In this document: piece after piece, positions 9,261-19,900 of the stretch
How positions within the stretch are numbered: the first letter of the stretch is position 1
Layout: the number at the start of each line of letters is the position of its first letter
Source of the DNA: a virus
Taxonomy: Duplodnaviria; Caudoviricetes
Direction: 5' to 3' (one strand)
Virus record (IMG/VR): IMGVR_UViG_3300014204_000111
Coordinates: 96,001-160,000 of that record
DNA length: 64,000 nt
Translations under genes and position numbers: made by a program
The notes under the pieces: model-generated
Told to the model about the DNA's origin: nothing
Seen by the model: only the letters and a program-made list of their open reading frames with translations
The model's database searches: none

Positions 9261-10650
9261 AGAAAGATATTTAAACGGAGGGAAACAACCATCTAAAGAT
9301 AGATGGTTGTTTCATATTATATGAAATTTACCATATGTATTGTATTTGAAATTGAAGAAACTAGTCTTGAAGAAGCTAAGATTAGTGCAGAAGAATACAA
9401 AGAAACATTAGAAGAAGAAAGCAATGGAACAGATTATATTACTCCTGGCTCTTTATCTACTTATGTGACTCAAAAAACTTGTGAGTGTGGAGGAGAAATT
9501 GATTATTATTCTTGGGGAAGAGGAGGAGATTATATCTCCGAAGCTATATGTAAGTCATGTCACAAAGATTTTAATAAGGAATAATATATGTCTAAAAAAG
9601 AGAAGTTAATATATCTTGTGGCTAGAATATATTATGCAGCTAAATGGACAATTACATACAATTCTCTTGACCCATTTAAAGAATTTATTTATACAAGTAT
9701 ATGGGCAATTGATGCTGACCCTAATGGGATTTAAAATATTCTTATTATTAACAGCATGGGAAATGTCTTGTTGTTTTGATTTTTGTAATAGAAAATTAAA
9801 AACAGTTTATTATAAATATAGAGATTTAAATAGACATTGCCCAGGAATGAATATTAAATTAGTGCGTAGGAAAATTTATGAACGTATGCATAACAATCAA
9901 TAATAATATTACTTATGATTATTTTGATAAAAACGATATATATCTGTGGCTTTCTGGAAGGTTTCTATTTACAAAACCAGAAGTGAGACAGAATATAGCA
10001 TATGAAATAATAAATTATGGAAGTTCTGAGTTTTATCATTATAATGACCTTTATCATCATAATGACCATATAATAATAAAAACTACAATGATTAATTGCG
10101 ATTTAGAGATATGAAATGATTAATACAAAAGCTTTGTTTAATATAAGATTTTATGGTTTTTTACATCGTATTATGTATAAATACTTAGTAGCTACTAGAA
10201 TGAGTTGGAATGAAGAAGAAAAAATTAATGATTTTTATAGGAGACATTATCCTATAAGTTGGGGATATGATAGCATAAGTATATCTTACAAGTCTTTCGG
10301 TAGCTTAATTATAGATACTTTAATTATTATATTAGGTCTTATTACATTAATATTTATTAATGTAGAATCATATGATACAAAATAAAGCGTTATAAACATT
10401 ATCAATTTGACCGCAATAATACGATAAGAGCGCAATAATAGAGAATGATATAGAACTATACATAGTGATATATCGTTTTTTATTTACTCTTTATTGAAGG
10501 CTAAGTCTTGCTTAGGAGTCTATTTTACCCTTATAGCTGAAAGCGTAACATTTTAGTTAAATGATAAAAAGAGTATTTTATATATATTTAACACAGCTAG
10601 TGTTTAGAAGCTAAGACTTCGGGTATAATAGACCATTAGGAGATGATTTT

Positions 10651-11382
10651 ATGAGTAGAACAATTGTAATTCCTGACGTACATCATAGATGGAATTTAGC
10701 ATTAAAACCTTTAGAAATTACGGCTAATAGATATATCTTTTTAGGAGATTATTTTGATAATTTTGGTGATACATTAGAAGATACGGCTAATACTGTACGT
10801 CAACTTATTGAATTATCTAAGCGAGATGATGTTACTTTATTATTCGGTAATCATGATATTGGTTATCGTTTTAAAGGCTTTGAATGCTCTGGTTGGACAA
10901 AAGAAAAGTGCGATTTAATTAATAAAATGATGCCTGCCGAAGTATGGGAGAAGATGCAATTAGTTACTTATGTTGATGGATTTATTCTTTCTCATGCTGG
11001 ATTGGCTGAAAGTATTTTTAGTCATCCTATTGATGGCATAACACCAGAATATGTTGCTAAGTTATGCGTTGAAGGATTGGAACATGCTCAATTAGGTATT
11101 TATACTCCTGCTTTAACACCTGGACAAGCTAGGGGTGGTCGTCAAAGACAAGGTGGCCTTGATTGGTTAGACTTTAATCAAGAATTTGCACCAATTAAAG
11201 GAATAAACCAGATTTTCGGTCATACCCCAGCACCTTCCGCAAGACAAAGTAGCACCGAAGATTCAATTAATTGGTGTATTGACACTCATTCAAAAGGGTT
11301 TGTCATTCTTGAGAATGGCAAGGTCTTTCCACAAGAGATTAAAATGGTTGATTTTTTAAAAGATAAATTATCCGAAGTTTAA
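10651..11382 (+). CDS. Calcineurin-like metallophosphoesterase
   Basis: DVH, GDYFD, GNHD, SHAG and GHT motifs in canonical order. Confidence 0.92.
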   Translation: MSRTIVIPDVHHRWNLALKPLEITANRYIFLGDYFDNFGDTLEDTANTVRQLIELSKRDDVTLLFGNHDIGYRFKGFECSGWTKEKCDLINKMMPAEVWEKMQLVTYVDGFILSHAGLAESIFSHPIDGITPEYVAKLCVEGLEHAQLGIYTPALTPGQARGGRQRQGGLDWLDFNQEFAPIKGINQIFGHTPAPSARQSSTEDSINWCIDTHSKGFVILENGKVFPQEIKMVDFLKDKLSEV

Positions 11383-11828
11383 CCTTAGAAGTGTTTATAA
11401 TTCTTAGAAATGGGGATAATACAATTGAAGTGAAAGGAGAATTGTAATGTCTAAGCGTAGTGCTAAAATAAAGAGGAAAGTAGGCAGGGCTTTAGAACAT
11501 ATTGCTTATAAGTTAACAGCTTCAGGAGTAGGCAAACACAAGTCTGTGCGCGATTATAACAGAAAGAATAAGGATTGGAAGAATGAGCAATCATAAAGAG
11601 CAAAAGAGGGAACGTAAGTTCTGGATTGTTAAAATTAAGGAAAGGGATGGGAATATTCCACCTGAATACAAGATAGTTGAAACAAACAAAAGACCAAAGA
11701 ACGCTGTATTTCAAAGTAAAGACCAATATTATGAGTCTAAGAATACAGCAGAAGTCCAGATGAATTATATTTTAAATGAAATATTCAGTTCGTGTGATGG
11801 TACAAGGTTTGACTAATAGGAGAAATCA

Positions 11829-12260
11829 ATGTTTCAAATTAAAGTAAAGTTTACTTGTCCTTTGTGTGGAAAAGAATCAGAAGATGATGACCCTGCAATT
11901 TATGGACAAGAAGAATCACAAAGTTGTGACGGTTTTATTGCTGTAACTTGCTCTCATTGCAAAGAGGATATCGAATTTTCTGACAGATATGGAGAGGGTT
12001 GGACAGGCGAAAAGATGCCGAATTATAATGCCTTTTAGGAGTAAGAAATGAAAGAACGTACCCGTTGTATTAAGTGTAGTGTCAAAATTGAATACAAATG
12101 TCCTCATTGTCATAAAGATATTAGTGAATCTGATGCCATCTATTCCTGTCAAGATGGTTTTGACAATGCTTTTCTTGGTCTTATTTGTCCTGAATGTAAA
12201 AAAGAATTTGAGGTTGAGAATGTTATGGATGGAGAATGGGTATTTCGTTGGTATGAATAG
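11829..12260 (+). CDS. Two tandem paralogous Zn-ribbon proteins (11829-12038, 12048-12260)
   Basis: Shared K..(F/Y).CP.C.K(E/D)...AIY...C..CK pattern. Confidence 0.7.
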
Positions 12261-12591
12261 ATATTTAACTAAAAGAGTGTTTCTTAGCTCTTTATCCTGG
12301 GTATAATCATGTATCAAACCAAGGGAGAAACAAAGATGAAGAGCAGAAAGAAAGCGCAGGTCTTTAGAGTAGTAAAATGGATTATGCATGAGTATCCATC
12401 GGGGAATACTATGGAAGATTACGTTAAGTTTAATGAATTGTTGCAAAAGGCTTGTGATTGGGTCAATCGTACAGGTTTGTTTCTTAAGCCTCAATCTGAA
12501 GAACCAGAAGTTTGGGGTTAATTTAACCTAAAGAGTGTTTGAAAGCCTCTTTACCGGGTATAATATAGCATCTTTGAAGGGAGAGTTTAAA

Positions 12592-12900
12592 ATGGAAAAG
12601 AAACAGAAGTTGAGCACTTTAACCCTTATTGGCATCATCGCATCTTTTGAGGATGGTCGGCGTCTGATTCAGGTTAATCGTGAGGCAAAACTTCAGGCAA
12701 TAAAAGCAATTCGTGATATTACTGGCCTGGGTCTTGTGGAAGCAAAACTTATTTCTGACTATCTCTTTCTTTGTACTAATGCTGACACTTTCACCGTGGG
12801 TGCGCAAGAAATGATTCAATTCTGCGAGTCTTACATTCTCTCGTTGACTAGCAAAGAGAACGAAATCCAGTCGTTGTTCGACAAATTCAACAAGTTTTAA
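12592..12900 (+). CDS. Ribosomal protein bL12 C-terminal-domain-like protein
   Basis: KLQAIKAIRDITGLGLVEAK matches bL12 KI.VIK.VR.ITGLGLKEAK; own promoter and RBS. Confidence 0.75.
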   Translation: MEKKQKLSTLTLIGIIASFEDGRRLIQVNREAKLQAIKAIRDITGLGLVEAKLISDYLFLCTNADTFTVGAQEMIQFCESYILSLTSKENEIQSLFDKFNKF

Positions 12901-13819
12901 TCTAAGTTTCATTGAAAACCTGTTTGAAACAGGGACGGTCAGGGAATAATACATTATCAAAGTCAAGGAGTTTTAAGATGGCAAAGTCAATTATGGTAAC
13001 TAAGGTTCTCGTTCGTGATTCTCGCACTGGCCGTTTCGTGGACAATGCTCCAGTAAAGCATCTAGCTATTACTGGAAACATTTCTTCTCGTCAGATGATG
13101 GGCTGGGCAAGTCATCCTAAGCAAGAGCGTGCTCTTCGTTTTGAGAATGACAATCGCCTTGAGGTTTATGTTCCTGAAGGATATTTCCTCACTTATAAGC
13201 GCGAAGGTCATCTGACTCAGCCTACTTTTGTGCCTCGTTTGAGGGATGCTCTAAGGGTTATTCTTCGTAAGTTTAACTCTTACGTGTCTATTTTTACGTC
13301 TTAGTTTATTAAAGACAAGCCAAGGTGTCTAATGTCCTTGGCATATATTATTAAGAGGTTTAAAAATGTTTAATCGTAAACAAGTTGATGCTGAAAAGTC
13401 AGAAGAACGGCGTAAGCCTAAGCAGGGTAAGAATAGTCCTCGACTTCCAGCCTATAATCGTGATTCTCGTAACGAGAAATATTTCTTTGTTAAAACTCAA
13501 GACGAAGAAATTTTGGATGATGATAACGAATTTTGTGATTTTTAATTTAAAGGATAAAGAGAAATGAAGATTTATGATTGTTCTACTGGCAATCTTATTG
13601 CCACAGGTGAAGATTTTAAAATCATTCATAATCATCCTTTAGACAAGGAAAGCGAGTATCAACTTCGCATTACTTCCGAAGGGATTGCCTGTGATAAAGT
13701 AGTTAATGGTCAGATTGACCAGGAATCAATTTTTTGGTGGGATGACCTCTTTCCTGAAGGAACATAATTTAGATTTAACCTAAAAGATGTTTAGATTACT
13801 CTTCACAGGGTATAATAAG

Positions 13820-13985
13820 ATAGCAAAAGAGTCTGGATTGCAAACAGTACGGTTCAGATGTTTAAACCTTTTTTGGCTGACACTGGTAAGGATTGGTGTA
13901 TAAACTGCCTTCGTGGTGGGCGAACACGTTAAACTGAATCTGATTCCCGGTGATGACCAGCACCTTAAACTGGTTGTCTTTTTTA
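13820..13985 (+). ncRNA. Small RNA with three tandem H-type pseudoknots
   Basis: Own promoter at 13808; repeated stem-loop + TAAACTG + loop complement; ends in T6. Confidence 0.6.
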
Positions 13986-14871
13986 ACCAAAATTAAATCA
14001 AGAGAATGTTTAGATTACTCTTAACAGGGTATAATAAGATAACCTAACAGGGATGAAGTAATGATTGCCAAGCATCATCTTAAAAAATTACAACAGATTG
14101 AAGTCAAGGCTCTTAATGCTTTCCCTAATATCGTTAAAGTTAGAGAAGAGATGAAGAGTCTTAAGAATATCCCTGGACATGAAAAGACGATTAAAAGAGT
14201 CTGGGATAAGTTTGTTCTTACAATACAGGAGTTATAACATGGATAGCACAATGTTCTACGGTACATTAGCGAACACCGAATTAACTAGCATTGCTTTGGT
14301 GAAGCAAGCTTTTAAAGCTGGTATGCCATTAGTAGTGGTATCTAATCGTCCTACTCCTGGTGGAGAAATTATTCTTCGTATTGTAACTTATATTACTAAA
14401 AGTAATGGGTCTTATACAAACCCTCATACATTTACAGAAGAGACTCTAAAAGGCATACTTCGTGTTCATACTAACGAAGCAGGAATTATTGATAAAATTT
14501 ATTAGGAGTAAAAAATGAAAGTTACAGTTTTAACGGCTGCTGAATGGACGGGTTGCGGAGAGAATAAGCGCGTCATTGGTGTTTATGCTGATACTCCCGA
14601 AGGTCAGAAGCTTTTTAATGAGGCTTATAAAGAGGAAGATGATGGGGAAGTCAGTCTCGAAGTAGAAGATTACGAAGTCCAAGGTTTTATCGAAAGTTAA
14701 CCTAAAGAGTGTTTAGAAGCTCTTCATCCTGGGAATAATACTGTATCTTAAAGGGAGCAGCAATGTCTAAAGATATAGAGATATTCGGAATTACTAGTGC
14801 TGTATTAGGTCTTATCTTTATGTCGTGGGTTATGATGGTTATCGCCCTCATTGCCTTAATTGCTACCCAAG

Positions 14872-15444
14872 TTATTTCTTTGGAGAAGGGCAATGCTTAA
14901 GGATTACATCTTTCAAAGTGCAATGCAAGTTATGGAAGAGTGTAAGGCCGATTGGTTTTCTGTTTCAAAGAATGCACGCATCGGATATTGTGATGGTGTA
15001 AAATTCTCCACAGGAGAAATAGTATGTACTAATAAAATTCATGCTCCTAAGCCTGTTACAGCTATATCGTTTGCTACTTTTACTCATGAAGCCTTTCATG
15101 CTCAAGATATAAAGAGGCGAGAAATGGAATTGCCTACTTATATTCTTGAATATGATGCATGTAAATATAGTGAAGTACAAGCGGATAGGTTTGGGATTGA
15201 TTTACCTGCTTCTGTGAAACTAGATAATCGTGCTTATGTCGCTAAAGAGATAGCGAAGTATATTACTTCTATTTTGGGTGGTTCGATGCAACTGAGCGAA
15301 TTTATGAAGGTCTGGGATAGTATTCCTAGTGAGATTCGTGGGTATGTTGCGGGATTGGTAAAATATAATCCTGTTACTCAAAGTGTTTCAGGTGGAATTA
15401 CTCCACAACAATGGATTACTGCTAAGAATAATAAAACGAAGTAG
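14872..15444 (+). CDS. HExxH zinc-metallopeptidase-like protein
   Basis: FTHEAFHAQD followed by a downstream EYDA. Confidence 0.55.
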   Translation, partial: LFLWRRAMLKDYIFQSAMQVMEECKADWFSVSKNARIGYCDGVKFSTGEIVCTNKIHAPKPVTAISFATFTHEAFHAQDIKRREMELPTYILEYDACKYSEVQADRFGIDLPASVKLDNRAYVAKEIAKYITSILGGSMQLSEFMKVWDSIPSEIRGYVAGLVKYNPVTQSVSGGITPQQWITAKNNKTK

Positions 15445-16056
15445 GAGAAAGTATAATGTTGACAATGGTTGAAAAGCGTGAAAAGTTGGCGCAACATGCG
15501 GTTGATAGTTATGATGAAGAGACAATATTCCAAACAGCTATGGAAGGCTGTATTGGTCTTAACTATCAAAGTGATGAAGAGATTAACCAACAATATAAAG
15601 ATATTTTCGGTGACGAAGAGAATGACGACGAAGATGCCGAAGAGGATGATTTTACCGAAGATTAACCTCATAAGTGTTTAGAAGCTCTTCATCCTGGGAA
15701 TAATTAAGAGTAATTCAAGATAGGAGACTAAGATGGACGAAGAGTTAGCAAAGGAAGTGGCGCTGCTATTGGCAGACCTAGCAGACCTGAGAATCCAGGT
15801 AAATGGTCTTAAACAACATCCTGATAATCGCTTTTGTGTTGAAGGTGTTATCGAGAAGTTCGCCAAGGTAGAAGATTATGACCGTTGGCTTAATGTCATT
15901 GCCAGGGATGAAGTGCTATTTTGGGCCTATCTTGACGAGAGAGAGAAGAGGATTTAACCAGAGTTTCACTTCCCAGATGTTTAAAAGCTCTGAGATTGGG
16001 AATAATAGAGAGTAAGGGAAAGAAACATCGAGTGAAAAGAATTTCCTTCCCCACGA

Positions 16057-16122
16057 AAGCGCCGAACGCCGTAAATATAGTTTCATGCGGCGACGAACAT
16101 AGTAAGAGTCTATCAGGCGTTC
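16057..16122 (+). ncRNA. GC-rich three-way-junction RNA element
   Basis: AGCGCC/GGCGTT, CGCCGTA/TGCGGCG and ATAG/CTAT, downstream of promoter 15998. Confidence 0.45.
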
Positions 16123-16428
16123 TTAATCTTTAATAAGGATATAACAATGAAGGTTCAAGTCCAATGGATTATGAGTGGCGAAATTGAGGTTGAGTCAGCT
16201 GATGCAGCTCGTAAAATGAGCCTGTACGAATTGGAGCAGGCTGGAGTTATTTACTTGGAAGATTCATTGGTTGTAGATAATGAGTCGGTTGAAGATGACG
16301 ACTTACCAGTATAAGTGAAATTAAGGTTAAATGAAGAGTAAAGGTGATTAGATTCTCTTCATCCGGGGTATAATCTAATCGGCAGTGGGAAAGACTACAT
16401 AATATTATATTCTTCGAGGTGGTTAATT

Positions 16429-16821
16429 ATGGCAAAGTTTCGTTTGGCTGATGGTACGGTGGTTGATGGTGTGGCGATTAATGAGCAGAATCAGGAGCGG
16501 ATTCAGCATCGTTTGAGCTTGGGTCTTGGTAAGCAAGGTAAGCTTCCTCGTATTCCGGCGGATGCTGAAGCAGCAGAGGTTTGGTTGGACGCTGTGACCG
16601 CTGGCGAAGCGCTCTTGAAGTTTGGCGAGAAGGTCTTGGGTAAGACTAATATGGCGAATGTTTCTACGATGGTGGCTTCGCTTGAAAAGGGCTACGAGGT
16701 CTTTAACAAGATGGTCGCTGCCGGTCTTACTATCGCTGACCTTGTGCCGCCTGCTAAGGAAGTTTCCGAGACTTCTATTGCGGATGCTGCCGAAGTCATT
16801 ACCGATGGTTCCGCTGAGTAA
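16429..16821 (+). CDS. Hypothetical protein, probably highly expressed
   Basis: Own promoter, GAGGT RBS, own terminator, GC-richer codons. Confidence 0.75.
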   Translation: MAKFRLADGTVVDGVAINEQNQERIQHRLSLGLGKQGKLPRIPADAEAAEVWLDAVTAGEALLKFGEKVLGKTNMANVSTMVASLEKGYEVFNKMVAAGLTIADLVPPAKEVSETSIADAAEVITDGSAE

Positions 16822-16842
16822 TCAGGAACATTAATTGGATTA

Positions 16843-16866
16843 AGGCCAGGGAAACCTGGCCTTTTT
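16843..16866 (+). terminator. Intrinsic terminator
   Basis: AGGCCAGG-GAAA-CCTGGCCT followed by T run. Confidence 0.8.
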
Positions 16867-16945
16867 AATATATATTTAATCTCTTTTATGTTTAAGAATC
16901 TAGGTAAAGGGGAATAATATATTATCAATAAAGAGTGAGGATGAA

Positions 16946-19900
16946 ATGCATAAGTTTAAGGTTGAAGATTTAGTTGTGATTCAAGAGAATCCTTTCCATC
17001 GGGCTTTGATTGGTACTTATGGTATGGTTGAGCAAGTGTTTGGTGGGAATGATAATACTACACCTGTTTATTCTATTGTTACGGAGCGTGGAATTTACAC
17101 TTTTACAGAGCAAGAATTGAAGGGAGAATAATTCAATGATGAACAAGTATGAATTATTCGGTTATTTATCATTCTTAGGTTTTCATCCTAAGTATGAAAA
17201 ACCAGTAAAACGTCATAGTATGACCTTCCAGATTATTAGCTTTACCATTGGCGATAGAGATGTTTACTTTGAAGGTGATAATTATTGGTCATTGAATGAA
17301 CATAAGACTAATCCTGACCGTTCTCTTTACTTTGGTGGTGGAAGTAAACAAAAAGAAATTCAAAAGTCTATTAAACTTGTTGAATCTGGATTTACAGGTG
17401 TTGAACCACGGGTTATCTGGAAGGATGACGTTGTTATTATGCATAATCCATTCTATGATAATATAAAAAGTAAGGAATTTCATGGTCGTGGTTATTATGA
17501 GTTAGAATTACCTATTGGTCATAAACTAGCAGACAGGATTCCAGAGGGTCTACCATATAATTAGAATTTAACCTAAAACTTGTTTCACATATAGAGAGCG
17601 GGGTATAATAAGATATTCAAGAGTTAGGAGAATTAAATGGCTGTTCAAAGTATCTGGAAAGTATTAGGTGATGTGATGATTGCTAATATGGAAGCAGAAA
17701 AGCAAGCAGAAATTAAGGCAAGCGAAGCATTTACAACTGAAGAGCTTTTTGAGGAAGCTTCTAAGTTGTTACGTGAATGGACTAAATGTACGTTTGCTAA
17801 CATCTTCTTGCGTTATTCTCCTCATACTTATATTGAAACTATTAAGCGTAAAAAAGTTGAGGTTCCTGGTGCTGCTTGGCATGTCTCAGGAAGTTATAAA
17901 ACTTATATCTGTGGAATGTCTCACGAAATTGAAATGGAAGGAGCTAGGCTTGGTTATACGCCTAATCACGCTCTTTGGGTGTTCTTGGAAGGTCTTAAAA
18001 AGAGGATTTCATCAGAAGCTAAGAAAGAAAGTGTTTAATTTCTTCTCCGCAGGGTATAATACTGTATCAAAGCAAGGGAGTCAGAAATGACCAAGTTTTC
18101 AATTACCATTAATGAAGAGAACGATGAAGAGATTATTAAATTGGTTAAGACTTTTCTTTCGACTGTCTGTAATAGTCTGCCGTTGGTTGAGGTTGAGAAT
18201 CAAGCTAAGACTGCTTGGGACATTACCAAAGAGCAGGTTAAGCACTTTATCTATATTAATCATCAGCTATATACCACGAGAAACATTGCAAACGCATTTA
18301 ATATGTCGATAACAGATGCTAAAGCAATGCTAAATGCTTTGTGTGATGAAGGTAAAATCCAGAAGAATATCTTTGGAGATATGGACAAACTTACTACCTG
18401 GAGTTCACCAAGTTTTAATCATTAATCTGTTATCTTTGCTCTTCACCGGGTATAATATAGTATCTTTGAAAGAGAGGAACAAAATGTTTAACCAATTCGA
18501 CCTGAACAAGTGGCATAAGAATCAAGTTGATACTGGTAAGTATAGTTCTGAGCATGGCGCAGAAGATTTAGTTTGTGCCGATGGTTTCTCAATGAGTGTC
18601 CAGGCTTCCGAAGGGCATTATTGCACGCCTAAGCGTAATTTTGCTCCGTGTTATTCTCATTTTGAAGTTGGTTATCCTAGCAAGTATCAAAGTGAGCTAA
18701 CACGTTATAAGCAGGGTCGTGGTAAGGCTACTGAGTCTGTTTATGCTTATGTTCCTGTTGAAGTGTTGGAGTCTCTTGTTTATAAGCATGGTGGAGTGAA
18801 GAAATGATGATTGCTAATATTGAAGTAAAGTCGTTAGTAAATATTCATCCAGATGATTTCACTGGATGTGAACATCAATGGATAGAGAATCCATATGATT
18901 ATGATTCTTGCCAAACTCAAGTTGTTTGTTCTTTGTGTCACTGTCCAGGTGAATTAGACGAAAAGACGGGAGAATTGGTTTATCCTACAACTTAAGAGGT
19001 AAAGAGATGTCTAAGTGTGTAATCTGTGATAAAGAGTTAAAGAAATCTATTGGAGCATATGTCAATGTTGAGTGTGATTTAATTCACTTTCAAGATGACA
19101 ATGCTTGGCCTTGCTGTCCTGATTGTATTGCAAGATATGAAGATAAAGAGCATTGGACAATTGAACAAGCGAGAGAGTGCGAACAAGAAAGGGAGAATAG
19201 TTAATGATAAATAGAGATAGGCTCAAACATCATAAGAGAATCAAGCGCAATAAGATGTTTTTAAGATATCATTCTTGTCCAGAAGGTAGATATTGTCCTT
19301 GGTGTCAAGAAACGAGACAGTATCAGATAAAGAGAGAAAGAGAAAGACTCAAAGACCAGGAGAAAGAGTTAATCGAAGTTTAATGATTAATTGGTTTGTT
19401 GCTCTTCATCCTGGGTATAATACAGTGTTCTGAAAGGGAGTGAGAAATGGTTAATCTTGATAAAAACGAAGTGAACAATCTTATTCTTGCGGTAGGCGTA
19501 GAAATCTTTGCGCAGCAAGCATTGCAAAGTATCAAGAACATTCGTGCTGCCGGTCTTGATACTCCTGATGGTATTGGTATTAAAACTAGCAAAACCTTTT
19601 ACGATTGGTTAATGTTTAATTATCTTCCTTTGGGAGTGAGGTCTTTTATTATCACTGAGGAATCAGTTAAGGGTTTTATCAATGCTTTAACCCATGACCT
19701 TGTAGATATTAATTTTGCTGAAAACCTAAAGGCCAAGCAAAGTTTTTGGGCAAAATATGAAGTAGATGATTAGACTTCTTGTTTATCGGGTATAATAAGG
19801 CATCTCAGAAAGGGAGAACGAAATGTTAAAGGGCGAAGTACATTTTGATAAAGATGGCAATGTTATTGGTTGGGGTGTGTGGACTAATGGTGGAATTGAA

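Noticed and set aside
16057-16122. Hammerhead ribozyme on the minus strand
   Set aside because: CTGATAGA and GAAAC are present but the core deviates from CUGANGA and the flanking stems do not fit.
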